DNA of 64,000 nucleotides from a candidate division WOR-3 bacterium (GTDB taxonomy: Bacteria; Hydrothermota; UBA3072). The position numbers were made by a program, and so were the translations under genes. Below the pieces are notes generated by a model. The model was given only the letters and a program-made list of their open reading frames with translations. It was not told the DNA's origin and made no database searches. The DNA is taken from the NCBI GenBank assembly GCA_016930175.1, contig JAFGHJ010000006.1, positions 68,086 through 132,085 of the forward strand. The letters run 5' to 3'. Positions within the stretch are counted from its first letter, which is position 1, and every line of letters begins with the position of its first letter. Shown piece after piece: positions 19,165 to 29,939 of this stretch.

Positions 19165-20130
19165 TTACTTTCTTATAACTACAAACACTATATAAAATAT
19201 GTACAAAAGAAGGAGCATTGCTCCTTCTTTTCTTGTTACTTTACTTTTTGTGTAAGCAAACAAAAGAAACACAACAGAGATTCCGATACCTGTTAAAAAA
19301 TCTTTGAACGCCAACAAAGGAAACTCAATCGGGCGAAGAACGGAAGTTAAGCCGAGCACAAAAAGAATGTTAAAAACATTACTTCCAACTACGTTACCTA
19401 TAGCGATATCCGCTTCTCCCTTTTTCATCGCGGAAAGAGAGGTTGCCGCTTCGGGAAGGGAGGTTCCAACAGCTATTACAGTAACACTTATTAAAAGCTC
19501 CGAGACACCCAATCTTCTTGCTATTATTGCCGCATTGCCCACAATAAGGTGCGCTCCAAAAAGAACGCCAACAATACCTACGATTGTTAAGGCAGAAGCT
19601 TTTAATATTTCTTTTTGCGAATGCTTTATTTTTTGTGTTTCCATGTTTAGGAAAAAAAGCTTTCTATCTCTTTTCGCCATCGAATAAAGATAATGAAGAT
19701 AAAGAGAAAAGAGAATAAGAAGGATCATTCCATCAAGCCTGGAAAGATACATCGTGCTCTTTCCATGCCAATCGTCACGAACCATAAAAAGAGTCAAAAT
19801 AAACACAAAAAGACAAAAAGGTGTCTCCTTCTTTATCGTTGACTCCGTAGCTTGAACTGACCAGACAAGCGCTCCGAGACCGATAACAAGGCCAATATTT
19901 GCTATGTTGCTGCCCAGGATATTACCAAAAGAAATCGAAGGATAAGACGAAATAGCCGCCTTAATTGAAACGGCTGCCTCGGGAGCGCTGGTCCCAAAAG
20001 CTGTAACAGAAAGGCCAATAAACAGAGACGAAAAACCAAAAATTTTTGCGAGCCCGACCGCTCCGTCGATCATATAATCTGCACCTTTTACAAGTAAGGC
20101 AATCCCGATAAGTAAGAGCAAATAAATCAT
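19165..20130 (-). CDS. Calcium/sodium antiporter (YrbG family)
   Basis: Duplicated alpha repeats GTSAPE/GSNIAN and GTSLPE/GSNVFN. Start moved to ATG 20130. Confidence 0.93.
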   Translation of the reverse strand: MIYLLLLIGIALLVKGADYMIDGAVGLAKIFGFSSLFIGLSVTAFGTSAPEAAVSIKAAISSYPSISFGNILGSNIANIGLVIGLGALVWSVQATESTIKKETPFCLFVFILTLFMVRDDWHGKSTMYLSRLDGMILLILFSLYLHYLYSMAKRDRKLFFLNMETQKIKHSQKEILKASALTIVGIVGVLFGAHLIVGNAAIIARRLGVSELLISVTVIAVGTSLPEAATSLSAMKKGEADIAIGNVVGSNVFNILFVLGLTSVLRPIEFPLLAFKDFLTGIGISVVFLLFAYTKSKVTRKEGAMLLLLYIFYIVFVVIRK

Positions 20131-20369
20131 TTGTTTGAAAATAAAAAACAAGCAGTTTTTGTCAATAGGAAAAAACCTCTGGCAGAAAAAGACGGCATGC
20201 ATAAAAACGTCCTGTCGCAGAATTGTCGAGAGAAAGAAAAACCCTCCCTTTCCTCAACAAAGACTTGACTTATATCAAATCTTTATTATAATTTTGCTGA
20301 TTTAGCGTAAAAAATAGATAAAAAGGCAAAACAAAGAAAGCTAAAACCTTTAAAGGAGGTGGTTTATTT

Positions 20370-20549
20370 TTGCCAGGAGTAACAATAAAAGAAGGAGAAT
20401 CTTTCGAAAAAGCTTTTAAACGATTTAAACGTTTGTGCGAGAAAGAAAAAATAAGAAGCGAAATAAAAAAACATCAGCATTACGAAAAACCTAGTGAAAA
20501 AAGACAAAGGAAACGCAAAGATGCTCAAAAAGGAAGAAGGAGCCGTTAA
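20370..20549 (+). CDS. rpsU: 30S ribosomal protein S21 (59 aa, TTG start, below the ORF-track cutoff)
   Basis: [56 protein letters not shown]. Confidence 0.96.
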   Translation: MPGVTIKEGESFEKAFKRFKRLCEKEKIRSEIKKHQHYEKPSEKRQRKRKDAQKGRRSR

Positions 20550-20625
20550 CGCCAAACAATTTCCTGACGCTTTTTGATGTAAACCCTTTCAGTATCTCCT
20601 TAAAATCATTTTCAAATAAATTAAA

Positions 20626-21150
20626 ATGAATTTATTTGATTTAATATCTATTTTAGTTATCATCGGTTTTTGCCTATGGGGGACTATAAAAGGGTTTATT
20701 ATTGAGATTTCTGAGATAGGCGGGCTAATAATCTCTTTCATTCTTGCAATGTATCTCCCCTTAGGTTTAGAAATGGGAGTGGTTAAATATGTTGTGAGTT
20801 TTCTTGTTTACTTCTTTACAATCAGCATTTTTTTTTCTATCTTATCAAAAATCATTCATAAAACACCCCTTGCTTTTTTCGATAGAATACTTGGAGCCGT
20901 AGTAGGTACCATAAAAGGAATAATTGTAGTAATAATACTTTTTCTCATTATAAGTTTAGTCCCTGTTAACGAAACCCATAGCAATTTAAGCGATAGTTTC
21001 TTTTATAAAACGGCTATTAATGTAAAAAACCCTTTAAAAACCTTTTTAAAAGGAAGAATAAAAGGGCTCGACCACTATAAAGAAAAAATACCTCTTCCGC
21101 AAAAAGAAGAAAACGAAAGCGAACCTGAGGACAAGATTATTAAAATATAA
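20626..21150 (+). CDS. cvpA: CvpA family membrane protein
   Basis: GTIKGFIIE and FFDRILGAVVG motifs; precedes mutS2. Confidence 0.88.
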   Translation: MNLFDLISILVIIGFCLWGTIKGFIIEISEIGGLIISFILAMYLPLGLEMGVVKYVVSFLVYFFTISIFFSILSKIIHKTPLAFFDRILGAVVGTIKGIIVVIILFLIISLVPVNETHSNLSDSFFYKTAINVKNPLKTFLKGRIKGLDHYKEKIPLPQKEENESEPEDKIIKI

Positions 21151-23267
21151 TGAAAAAACTTGCAAGCAGAATTGGATTAGATTTGCTGTTAGATAAAATT
21201 TCCGCTTATGCTGATTCGCAAGCCGGGAGAACAGCGGTTTTAAGTTTAAACCCGACTATTTCGAAAGAGCATAGACTCAGCGCCTTTAAAAATTTAGGGG
21301 AGATAAAACAGGTAATACGCCTGATTCCCAGTCTACAAATTTTAAAAAACGAGCGAGTTCCCGAAAAGGGCAAAATCTTATCGGGAGAAACACTCCTCTA
21401 TTACAAAAAGCTGTTAGATTTATCTAATGAGATTAAAAGCATGCTTATAGATAATGAAGCCCTGGAAGAACTGGAGAACCGCTTAGATCCTCTTGCCCCT
21501 CTCGTAAAAGAAATAACTAAATTTATAGACGAAAACGGCTCTGTCATCCCCACGTCTACTCCGGCATTAAAATCTTTCTACAGAGAAAAAGCTTCTGTTG
21601 AAAACCAAATAGAAAAAAGTCTCGACTACTTTTTACGAGAAAAGGGACACCTTCTTCAGGACAATATTATAACTACCCGATTGGGTAGAACTGTTATTCC
21701 GGTTAAATACGACAAAAAAGACCAAATACAAGGAATAATAGTTGATCTTTCCCGTACACAGAACACGGCTTTTATAGAACCTGGCGAAATAGTAACCCTC
21801 AATAACAGAATCTCAGAGCTAGAAAAAGACATAGGCGCAGAAAAGAAAAGAATTCTTAAATACCTAACCGATAAAGTTACAGAACGGTTTGATACTATCG
21901 AAAAAAACGCCAAAACTCTTACAGAAATAGACTCCCTTAAAGCCCGAACTCTTTACGCAGAAGAATTCAAATGCATTATACCGGATTTCCCCGAAAGCAG
22001 TACATTGAAACTGAAAGAATGCTACCATCCACTACTGCTGGGCGAACAGAAAAAAGTTGAACCCCTGGATTTAGAAATAGGAGAAAAAGAAAGAATTCTT
22101 CTTATCAGCGGGCCAAATGCCGGAGGGAAAACCGTTCTTCTTAAGAATGTCGGAATAAATATTTTATCCTCGCTTGCCGGTATTCCTATCCCGGCAAAAG
22201 AAGGCAGCGAAATCGGATCCTTTACAAATATCGCAGGAATAATTGAAGACGAGCAGTCTATGGAAGAAAGTCTATCCTCCTTTTCTTCATATATTGTTCG
22301 CCTTAAAGAAATACTCCGCAACGCTGACAACAATTGCCTGATTCTCCTCGACGAGCTCGGAGGCAATACTGACCCCGTCGAGGGCAGCGCTCTCTCAATC
22401 GCGCTTCTTAACGCTTTAAAAGATAACGGAAGTCTGGTTATTGCCACAACTCACCTTAGCCCCCTCAAATTTTATGTTGAAGAACAAGAAGGAATGATTA
22501 ACGGTTCGATGGAATACGAAAACGGACCAACATACCATCTGCAGATCGGGATTCCGGGAGGCTCAAGAGCTATAGCAACAGCTGAGAAATTCGGCTTACC
22601 CAAGAAGCTTATTTCCGACGCAAAGAGTTTTGTTGACTCAGAAATCTTCAAAGCGGAAACATTAATAGAGGAACTCTCACTAAGAAAAAGAAAATTGCGC
22701 GAACAGGAAAAAGAACTTTCCCGACTTAAAAGAGACTTTTCGAAAACAAAAGAAGAATACGACAAGAAACTGAAAAACGCACAAGAAGAAAAGAAAAAAA
22801 TCCTACACGAAGCAAAAGAAAAAGCCGAAAGCATGGTAATCGAGGCTCGAGCTCTGGTGGAAAGAACCATTAAAGAAATACAAGAATCTAAAGCATCAAA
22901 AGAATCGATAAAAAAATACAAAAAAACCTTCGCCTCTCTCCAGGCTAAAGAAAAGAAAATCAAAACCGAACCCATCAAGACCTCAGACAAATCGCTTGAT
23001 ATCAAATATCATGTTGATCTGGAGCTCCCGTTTGAAATTTCTGTCCGCGGCATGACAAAAGAGGAAGCATGGAAAGTAGCAGACAAATTTCTTGACAAAG
23101 CAGTCGTTGCGAATTATAATTCAGTAAGAATCGTCCATGGAAAAGGGAGCTGGATATTACGCAACATGCTACACAAAAAACTAAAAAAAGACAGGAGGGT
23201 AAAAAGCATAGATACGCCATCCCATTACGAAGGAGGAGAAGGAGTCACAGTCGCCTTTCTAAAATAA
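21150..23267 (+). CDS. mutS2: MutS2 family ATPase with Smr domain
   Basis: ISGPNAGGKT, LLDELGGNTDP, ATTH, C-terminal Smr IVHGKG..GGEGVT. Confidence 0.94.
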   Translation: MKKLASRIGLDLLLDKISAYADSQAGRTAVLSLNPTISKEHRLSAFKNLGEIKQVIRLIPSLQILKNERVPEKGKILSGETLLYYKKLLDLSNEIKSMLIDNEALEELENRLDPLAPLVKEITKFIDENGSVIPTSTPALKSFYREKASVENQIEKSLDYFLREKGHLLQDNIITTRLGRTVIPVKYDKKDQIQGIIVDLSRTQNTAFIEPGEIVTLNNRISELEKDIGAEKKRILKYLTDKVTERFDTIEKNAKTLTEIDSLKARTLYAEEFKCIIPDFPESSTLKLKECYHPLLLGEQKKVEPLDLEIGEKERILLISGPNAGGKTVLLKNVGINILSSLAGIPIPAKEGSEIGSFTNIAGIIEDEQSMEESLSSFSSYIVRLKEILRNADNNCLILLDELGGNTDPVEGSALSIALLNALKDNGSLVIATTHLSPLKFYVEEQEGMINGSMEYENGPTYHLQIGIPGGSRAIATAEKFGLPKKLISDAKSFVDSEIFKAETLIEELSLRKRKLREQEKELSRLKRDFSKTKEEYDKKLKNAQEEKKKILHEAKEKAESMVIEARALVERTIKEIQESKASKESIKKYKKTFASLQAKEKKIKTEPIKTSDKSLDIKYHVDLELPFEISVRGMTKEEAWKVADKFLDKAVVANYNSVRIVHGKGSWILRNMLHKKLKKDRRVKSIDTPSHYEGGEGVTVAFLK

Positions 23268-23268
23268 T

Positions 23269-23661
23269 ATGTTTTCCTTGTTTTTAATAATTTCCAAATC
23301 CACAAAAACCGCAATGCTGCTTACGACTCTTATCCCAGGCGGAGGACAATTTTACACGGAAAGATATTTTAAAGGCATAATCGTAGGCGGAGCACAATCT
23401 TATATTATTTATAGAGGCATACAGACACAACTAAGGCTAAACGATTTGGACAGAGAACTCAATTTATCGCCGATAGAAGAGGAAGAAAAACAAACGCTGC
23501 TTGACCAGAGAAGAGAAATCGCATGGTGGATGGCCCTGGTTTGGACAATAGGAATACTGGATGCCTACGTCGACGCTCAGCTCTACGGTTTCGAAAGCGA
23601 CCTTACAATCGACAAAACAGGCTCTCCAAAAGTAGAACTGTCCTTAAAAATACATTATTGA
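23269..23661 (+). CDS. Hypothetical membrane protein (DUF5683-like)
   Basis: LIPGGGQFY and ILDAYVDAQL motifs. Confidence 0.75.
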   Translation: MFSLFLIISKSTKTAMLLTTLIPGGGQFYTERYFKGIIVGGAQSYIIYRGIQTQLRLNDLDRELNLSPIEEEEKQTLLDQRREIAWWMALVWTIGILDAYVDAQLYGFESDLTIDKTGSPKVELSLKIHY

Positions 23662-24224
23662 TGTTTCACGTGAAACATTTTCTAGAAGAAATCCTAAAAG
23701 AATTAAACATTTATCCAAACAACAAAACGACCGATAAGCTACTAATGTATCTCGAAGAACTCATGCGGTGGAACAAAAAAATAAATTTAATCTCAAGAAA
23801 ACTAAAAAAAGAAGAAGTTCTCAAAAAACTACTTGTCCCCTCCCTTCTGCCATACAAGATAATAAAAGAGGGAGAAAAAATTCTTGATTTCGGCGCGGGA
23901 GGAGGATTAGCGAGCATTCCTTTAAAAATTTTAAAGGAAAGGATCACTCTTCACCTCTTAGAATCAAAAAACAAGCCGGCTTCTTTCCTTGAGTACATTT
24001 CTTTTGCACTCGATCTAAATCTTAAAATTATAAAAGCTTTCGTACGCGAGGCAGGAGATATCGAAGAACGATACGACTGGGTGTTCGCTCGTGCCATAAA
24101 ACCCGAACAAATACCAAAGGGGTTAGCCCCCAAAGTTCTATATTACGGCAAATATGGCGGAGATATCTTTATTCTCAAGGACGAGCTAACCTTTAAAGGA
24201 GCCACGCTCTCGATTTTAACCTGA
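23661..24224 (+). CDS. rsmG: 16S rRNA m7G527 methyltransferase (GidB)
   Basis: WNKKINLIS and SAM motif ILDFGAGGG..IP; the ATG overlaps the upstream TGA. Confidence 0.88.
   Translation: MFHVKHFLEEILKELNIYPNNKTTDKLLMYLEELMRWNKKINLISRKLKKEEVLKKLLVPSLLPYKIIKEGEKILDFGAGGGLASIPLKILKERITLHLLESKNKPASFLEYISFALDLNLKIIKAFVREAGDIEERYDWVFARAIKPEQIPKGLAPKVLYYGKYGGDIFILKDELTFKGATLSILT
23662..23677. other. parS centromere site 1
   Basis: Perfect TGTTTCACGTGAAACA. Confidence 0.95.
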
Positions 24225-24227
24225 CGA

Positions 24228-24243
24228 TGTTTCACGTGAAACA
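24228..24243. other. parS centromere site 2
   Basis: Perfect TGTTTCACGTGAAACA within a 22-bp palindrome (24225-24246). Confidence 0.95.
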
Positions 24244-24391
24244 TCGAAGACACAAAGCCCTGCCCAACCTATTGTTGTGTTTATAAAACAACAAATTTTT
24301 TTCTCTGTTTTCTCTGTTGTAAAAAATTTGGGGTAGTTGGCTGGGCTTCGAACTACAGCAAATCCTGTAATCTGCGTTTATATGCATCCTG

Positions 24392-25291
24392 CTATTTTCG
24401 TTTCTCGTATTCCCTTTCGGCCAACGCAATAGCGCCAAGAACGCCAGCGTTATCTCCCAGTTTTGGCAGAACCATATATTCCTCGATATTATTCGTAATT
24501 TCTGGTACCTTAATATAATTATTAACCAGAAATTTTACTCTTTTGTGAATGAGAGGCAGTAATTGTTTTTGTTTCATAACCCCGCCTCCCAGAATAATCT
24601 TCCGGGGAGACAAAGTGCAGATATAATTTATTACTGCTAAAGAAATATATTTTGCCTCAAGGTCCCAGGCGGGGTGATCTTTGTCTAGTTTTTCTCCCGG
24701 TCTACCCCAACGGTCTTTTATAGCAGAGCCTGATGCCAAACCTTCAAAGCAATTCTTGTGAAAAGGGCATATCCCTTCATAAGGATCAGCTTTTTTATCA
24801 TGTGGAATAAATATATGTCCCATTTCAGGATGAACTAGTCCGTGTAAAAATTCTCCATTTATTATTCCCCCTCCTCCAATACCCGTACCAATTGTAATAT
24901 AAATAAAATCCGATATGTCTTGCGCAGCACCCCACTTTTGTTCTCCGAGAGCAGCCGCGTTTACATCGGTATCAAAGCCTACCGGAACGTCAAAGGCTCC
25001 TTTTATTTTACCGTAAAAATTCGTGTTTTGCCATTTAATTTTCGGGGTAGATGTTATATATCCATAAGTAGGTGAACCTTTTTTTAAGTCAACAGGGCCA
25101 AAAGAGCCGATGCCTATAGCCAACATCTCCCCTCTTTTATTCTGTTTTTCAAAATATTCAATTAACTTATCTACGGTTTCGGTTGGAGTTGTAGTCTCAA
25201 AACGAAATTTGTCTATTAAATCCCCGCGGTTTGTGCCCACCCCACAGACAAATTTTGTACCACCAGCTTCTATTCCGCCAAATAGACTCAT
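24392..25291 (-). CDS. ROK family sugar kinase (fructokinase-like)
   Basis: GIEAGGTK, TDVNAAALGE, HPEMGH, CPFHKNCFEGLASG. Confidence 0.93.
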   Translation of the reverse strand: MSLFGGIEAGGTKFVCGVGTNRGDLIDKFRFETTTPTETVDKLIEYFEKQNKRGEMLAIGIGSFGPVDLKKGSPTYGYITSTPKIKWQNTNFYGKIKGAFDVPVGFDTDVNAAALGEQKWGAAQDISDFIYITIGTGIGGGGIINGEFLHGLVHPEMGHIFIPHDKKADPYEGICPFHKNCFEGLASGSAIKDRWGRPGEKLDKDHPAWDLEAKYISLAVINYICTLSPRKIILGGGVMKQKQLLPLIHKRVKFLVNNYIKVPEITNNIEEYMVLPKLGDNAGVLGAIALAEREYEKRK

Positions 25292-25344
25292 CTACAACTC
25301 CTTTATTTTTTTTCTATAGAAAACTTTGAACGAAAAGAATCAAA

Positions 25345-26229
25345 TTATCTTGTTTTGTCAAAAACCAATTCTCTCTGCATATTTAATACTTGCCCAATCG
25401 GCTTTCCCGAAACGCTCATCTCCATTATCAAATCTTCATTAATTACTGCATATTCAATCTGGTGATCATTAAGAGAAACCCAAAAACTGCCCCAACAACA
25501 TGATCTGCCTTTCACGCTCAAAACATCCTTTTCCGATTCTACAGGATTTGAAAGAGATTTAAACTCTAACAAGGCGCACTCTTCTCCGTCTTTTTTAGCA
25601 ACACCACTCCATATCAATTTTAAATTCTTTGTTTTTAGAAGCGCGAAATTTTGCGCTTCCACTTCTTTTGTTTCTAAATCTTCAGAAAAATATGGTTTGT
25701 TGTACTCAATACTATCCACCGCAACATATGCCAACTCAAGCCAGGGAGCATCCCAGATGAGCGTTTTCATATAGGTCCTGTCTTCTTCAGGAAAATCTTC
25801 ATAAAACTCCTCTGTCAGTATCGTATCGGAAAGAGAATAAGTAAATCCCTCCATATAATCCAGAGGTTTACCGTCCGGAAATTCTCCCTCTGTATCTCTG
25901 GTCGAAAACATCCTAACATTATTCCATCTGCAAATAACCTCTTTTTCTTCTACCGAGCGAACAAAGCTTGCCTTTATCTGCATACTGCTTACAACGCCCC
26001 CCCCTAATTCCCGATTATACAATGTTGAAGTTACGTTATAATGTTGAGGAATACTCTCATCAAATTTAAGAGACCCCTGTCGCTCCAGACACTCATCTAA
26101 AGCCCTTGCTTCTTCGACCTCTACCACCTCTGCTTCCGGCTCCTTACGACAACACGAAAAACTACCGACAAAAAGAATCACCAATAATAAAATTTGAGCT
26201 ATTGAGAAAAAACTTTTTTTGTAGAACAT
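25345..26229 (-). CDS. Hypothetical lipoprotein
   Basis: Signal peptide ending FSCC; 294-aa ORF. Confidence 0.7.
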   Translation of the reverse strand: MFYKKSFFSIAQILLLVILFVGSFSCCRKEPEAEVVEVEEARALDECLERQGSLKFDESIPQHYNVTSTLYNRELGGGVVSSMQIKASFVRSVEEKEVICRWNNVRMFSTRDTEGEFPDGKPLDYMEGFTYSLSDTILTEEFYEDFPEEDRTYMKTLIWDAPWLELAYVAVDSIEYNKPYFSEDLETKEVEAQNFALLKTKNLKLIWSGVAKKDGEECALLEFKSLSNPVESEKDVLSVKGRSCCWGSFWVSLNDHQIEYAVINEDLIMEMSVSGKPIGQVLNMQRELVFDKTR

Positions 26230-26651
26230 TTAACCCCCTTGCTTTAAACTTGTTTATTCCCTTTTCCCCTTGTTCCCGACAGGAGAAAAAGTTTTGTTAT
26301 ATTAAAACACATAATTTTAAAAACTATGCTCTCTAACTCTTTTTTATTTTAACAGAAAACAACCTTTCTGTCAAGCATGTTTTTGAAACAAAAAAAACAA
26401 AAGCCCCTTATTATACTAGAAAACATGCGGCATTTACAACAAAAAACAAAAACGCCTTAACGCCGCCTTAAAACTACATAAAGCCAATAACAGATTTAAG
26501 TCCTTGTATTACAGGAGGATAGCTCCTTACCTTTAGAATCGCTTGTTTTTTTAAGGTTAAGGGGCGATCTAAAAGCTTGACAATTATGGGTGTTAATTTA
26601 TATCTTATTAGGTGATATGTTATTTTATTGTTTGGTTTTGGAGGGTATATT

Positions 26652-27521
26652 ATGAAACTAAAAAATAACAGTAAGGCTGTGGAGCTTCTGCTTGAGTCCT
26701 ACGGAAAAGACAAAACTCCCTTTTTTACAGAGCTCACGCAAAAGTTCTCTTCGAGGAAGTATCCTTTCGAAGAGATCAATTTAATAAAACAAGTTCTTTT
26801 CCCTGCATACTGGAACTGTGGAATTATTGCCAGCGGAAAAAACATAAAAGGTCTCATTTTAAAAATTGAAGCTTTAGGGAAACAATTTAGCGAAGGAATC
26901 AGTCCTTACGTAGAAGATAAAAAGGAAGTAGAGCAAATAGTCAATAAGGTATTGGAAAATCTAGGTGAAGTAAGGGAAAAACTAAAGAAAGATGTCGAAG
27001 CAGCGTACATAGGAGACCCGGCTGCCAAGACCTATACCGAAATAATTCGCTCTTATCCGGGGTTCCTTGCTATAGAAATTCACAGAGTGTCTCACCTTCT
27101 GTATAAATTCGGTGCAAAAGGCTACTCCAGGGAAATTTCAGAAGTTATTCATTCGGAAACAGGAATAGACATTCATCCGGGAGCAAAAATAGGCAATTAT
27201 TTTTTTATAGACCACGGAACCGGAGTGGTAATAGGTGAAACATCCGTTATAGGAGATTGGGTGAGAATTTATCAGGATGTGACGCTCGGAGTTTTGCATT
27301 TCGAAAAAGAAAAGGAAGGAGACATAAGAAAAGATTATAAGAGACACCCAGATATTGGCGATCACGTCGTGATCGGAGCCGGTGCTAAAATACTGGGCCC
27401 TGTAAAAATCGGGAACCATGTCAATATCGGAGCCAACTCCTGGATTACCGAAGACATTCCCGACTACACATCCGTCTTTGTGGCTGAACATCCTCGTCTT
27501 GAAAAGAGGAAGAAAATATAA
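26652..27521 (+). CDS. cysE: Serine O-acetyltransferase
   Basis: [30 protein letters not shown]. Confidence 0.94.
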   Translation: MKLKNNSKAVELLLESYGKDKTPFFTELTQKFSSRKYPFEEINLIKQVLFPAYWNCGIIASGKNIKGLILKIEALGKQFSEGISPYVEDKKEVEQIVNKVLENLGEVREKLKKDVEAAYIGDPAAKTYTEIIRSYPGFLAIEIHRVSHLLYKFGAKGYSREISEVIHSETGIDIHPGAKIGNYFFIDHGTGVVIGETSVIGDWVRIYQDVTLGVLHFEKEKEGDIRKDYKRHPDIGDHVVIGAGAKILGPVKIGNHVNIGANSWITEDIPDYTSVFVAEHPRLEKRKKI

Positions 27522-27522
27522 A

Positions 27523-28443
27523 ATGGATATAGCAGCAAACAACATTTTGAATTTTATTGGAAATACGCCTGTCGTAAAACTTAACAAAATACCGGATAGA
27601 AATTACGCTGAAGTTTATTGCAAGCTAGAATTTTTCAATCCCCTCGGGTCCGTCAAAGACAGAATTGCGCTTTACATGATAGAAGACGCTGAAAGAAGAG
27701 GCAAGATTCATCCCGGAGACACTCTAATAGAACCGACAAGCGGAAACACGGGAATTGGTCTTGCTTATGTAACTGCCGTCAAAGGATATAAACTAATACT
27801 TGTTATGCCCGACACTATGAGTAAAGAGCGAATAAAAATATTAAAGGCTCTGGGAGCAGCAGTTGTTTTAACCGGCGGAGCTCTCGGGATGAAAGGAGCA
27901 GTAGAAAAAGCTGCGGATCTTTCAAAAACAAAAGGATACTTTTCTCCGGGGCAATTCACAAATCCCGTAAATCCGGAAGCACACAGAAAAACAACGGCGA
28001 AGGAAATTTTAAAACAAGTCCCGGAGATCGACGTTTTTGTCGCCGGGGTAGGAACGGGAGGAACAATAACCGGGGTTGGAGAAGTTCTAAAAAAGGAAAT
28101 TAAGAACAAAAAAATTCTTATTGTCGCAGTAGAACCGGAAGGCTCTCCTGTACTATCTGGAGGGCGATCAGGTCCGCACAAAATTCAAGGTATAGGTGCG
28201 GGTTTTATCCCTGAAGTTTTAAATATAGAAATAATCGATGAGATAATAAAGGTAAAAAACGAAGACGCGTTCCTGACTTCAAGAAGGCTTGCACGTGAAG
28301 AAGGAATCTTCGCCGGCGTATCCTCGGGGGCGGCTTTATGGGCTGCTTTAAAAATAGCACAAGAGCTACCTAAAGAAAAAAAAGTAGTCTCAATCTTACC
28401 CGATACAGGAGAGCGCTACCTCAGTACAGATTTGTTTTCTTAA
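27523..28443 (+). CDS. cysK: Cysteine synthase A
   Basis: [39 protein letters not shown]. Confidence 0.97.
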   Translation: MDIAANNILNFIGNTPVVKLNKIPDRNYAEVYCKLEFFNPLGSVKDRIALYMIEDAERRGKIHPGDTLIEPTSGNTGIGLAYVTAVKGYKLILVMPDTMSKERIKILKALGAAVVLTGGALGMKGAVEKAADLSKTKGYFSPGQFTNPVNPEAHRKTTAKEILKQVPEIDVFVAGVGTGGTITGVGEVLKKEIKNKKILIVAVEPEGSPVLSGGRSGPHKIQGIGAGFIPEVLNIEIIDEIIKVKNEDAFLTSRRLAREEGIFAGVSSGAALWAALKIAQELPKEKKVVSILPDTGERYLSTDLFS

Positions 28444-28622
28444 AGATCCTTCGGATCAGTTAAATAGAAAAATGGGAAAATGGTTAAATAGTAAAAAAAC
28501 TACAATATCTACATGTCCCACATTTAAAAATTTTTGGGGCACGGGATGGGTTGTAAAGAAACAAATTAAATTCTTGGGTATGGTGGGCTTTGTGCCTTAG
28601 TGCCTTCGTGGCAGATATAATT

Positions 28623-29048
28623 ATGGAAGAAATAGGAAAAGTTATCAAAACGAATAAAAACAGGGCAATAGTTTTAATAGAGCTTCCCCAGAGCTGTGAT
28701 TCCTGCGAGTTTGCCAAATTTTGCCGCATCGACAAAAACGGAAGAGAAATAGTTTGCAGAAATGAAAAAGGTGCAAAAGTAGGAGATATTGTTCAGATTG
28801 AGACAAGCAACAAAAATGTTTTCAAGGCAATGGTACTACATTTTCTTTTACCTCTTTTCTTTCTTACCGGCGGAGTACTGGCAGGGAAGAAACTCTGGCA
28901 AACAGATCTCAAAGGTTTTATGCTTGGTATGTTTCTAATGGTTATGTATTTTTCTCTATTTTTATTTATTGACAAAAAAATGTTAAAAAGCGGTCAACTC
29001 TTGCCTGAAATAGTAAAGATAACAGAAAAAAGAACTCCGTCAGCTTAG
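28623..29048 (+). CDS. RseC/MucC family membrane protein
   Basis: SCDSC..C N-terminal Cys motif, GAKVGD, two TM helices. Confidence 0.8.
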   Translation: MEEIGKVIKTNKNRAIVLIELPQSCDSCEFAKFCRIDKNGREIVCRNEKGAKVGDIVQIETSNKNVFKAMVLHFLLPLFFLTGGVLAGKKLWQTDLKGFMLGMFLMVMYFSLFLFIDKKMLKSGQLLPEIVKITEKRTPSA

Positions 29049-29056
29049 TAAACTCT

Positions 29057-29746
29057 TTATTCTCGAAGTTCGACCACCTCCGCGCAATTCTTTAAAATAC
29101 GCGAAGATTCTATCAAATATTCTCTTTCATAAGGTGCCTTCCCGGAAAATTCGGAGGAAAGTGTTTTAGTGTTTCTGAAACCCTGAAGAACGTACTTTTT
29201 AACTTTTTTTATTTTTCGACATATCTTTTTAAGATCGTCCTTGTCTACAACGCCGGGTACCATTGTAGTTCTGAATTCATAATCTTTAGTCCCTTTTATC
29301 ACCTCAATACTTGCTTCAACTTTTTCAAACCCTGTGTTATTTCCAGTAGCAATGGGATATTTTTTCGGTGAAGATTTTATGTCCATTGATATGTAATCAA
29401 CAAAAGGAAGAATTCCTTTTAACCCATCCGGCAGCATCCCGTTGGTATCGATTTTTATATCAACTTTTACTTCCTCTTTGACCCGTTTAAGAAAATCCGT
29501 CAAACCTGGCCAAAGAAGTGGTTCGCCCCCCGTGAAAGATACTCCATCTATAAAACCTTTTCTCTTTTTTAATTCATCAATTATTTTGTTTTCCGGTATA
29601 TCGGGGATTTTTTCCAGGAGTTCCGGGAGAACAAGACCTAGATTGTAGCAAAAAGGACATCTCAAATTACATCCGCCGATGAAAACGACAGACGCAATTT
29701 TTCCGGGATACTCTATTATACTGGTTCCTAAAAAAGACTTGATCAC
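29057..29746 (-). CDS. nrdG: Anaerobic ribonucleotide reductase activating enzyme (radical SAM)
   Basis: GCNLRCPFCYN, TGGEP, IDTNG, YEFRTT; next to nrdD. Confidence 0.95.
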   Translation of the reverse strand: MIKSFLGTSIIEYPGKIASVVFIGGCNLRCPFCYNLGLVLPELLEKIPDIPENKIIDELKKRKGFIDGVSFTGGEPLLWPGLTDFLKRVKEEVKVDIKIDTNGMLPDGLKGILPFVDYISMDIKSSPKKYPIATGNNTGFEKVEASIEVIKGTKDYEFRTTMVPGVVDKDDLKKICRKIKKVKKYVLQGFRNTKTLSSEFSGKAPYEREYLIESSRILKNCAEVVELRE

Positions 29747-29751
29747 CTACT

Positions 29752-29922
29752 TTATTCTTCTTCTGCTCTTAAATATCTTCTCTCTCTGAATTCTTCTCTT
29801 TTGCCTTCGTTCCAGTCTTGAACCGGCCTATAGTAACCAACAACACGGGAATAAACTTCTGCTTTTACAGCAAAAACTTTTTCTATATCTTCCGTTTTTT
29901 CTTCTCTTAAATTTTCTATCAA
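29752..29922 (-). CDS. Separate NrdD C-terminal glycyl-radical peptide (56 aa)
   Basis: MIENLREEKTEDIEKVFAVKAEVYSRVVGYYRPVQDWNEGKREEFRERRYLRAEEE; AAGGAG 5 nt before TTG; not in the ORF track. Confidence 0.9.
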   Translation of the reverse strand: MIENLREEKTEDIEKVFAVKAEVYSRVVGYYRPVQDWNEGKREEFRERRYLRAEEE

Positions 29923-29939
29923 TTTATCTCCTTGTTTTC

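Noticed and set aside
23523..23660. N-terminal extension of rsmG given by the ORF track
   Set aside because: It overlaps the upstream gene. Recognisable RsmG sequence begins after the coupled ATG at 23661.
26450..26570. Imperfect inverted repeat upstream of the cysE promoter as a possible riboswitch or T-box
   Set aside because: It lies upstream of the -35 box, and I see no T-box or SAM-riboswitch consensus.
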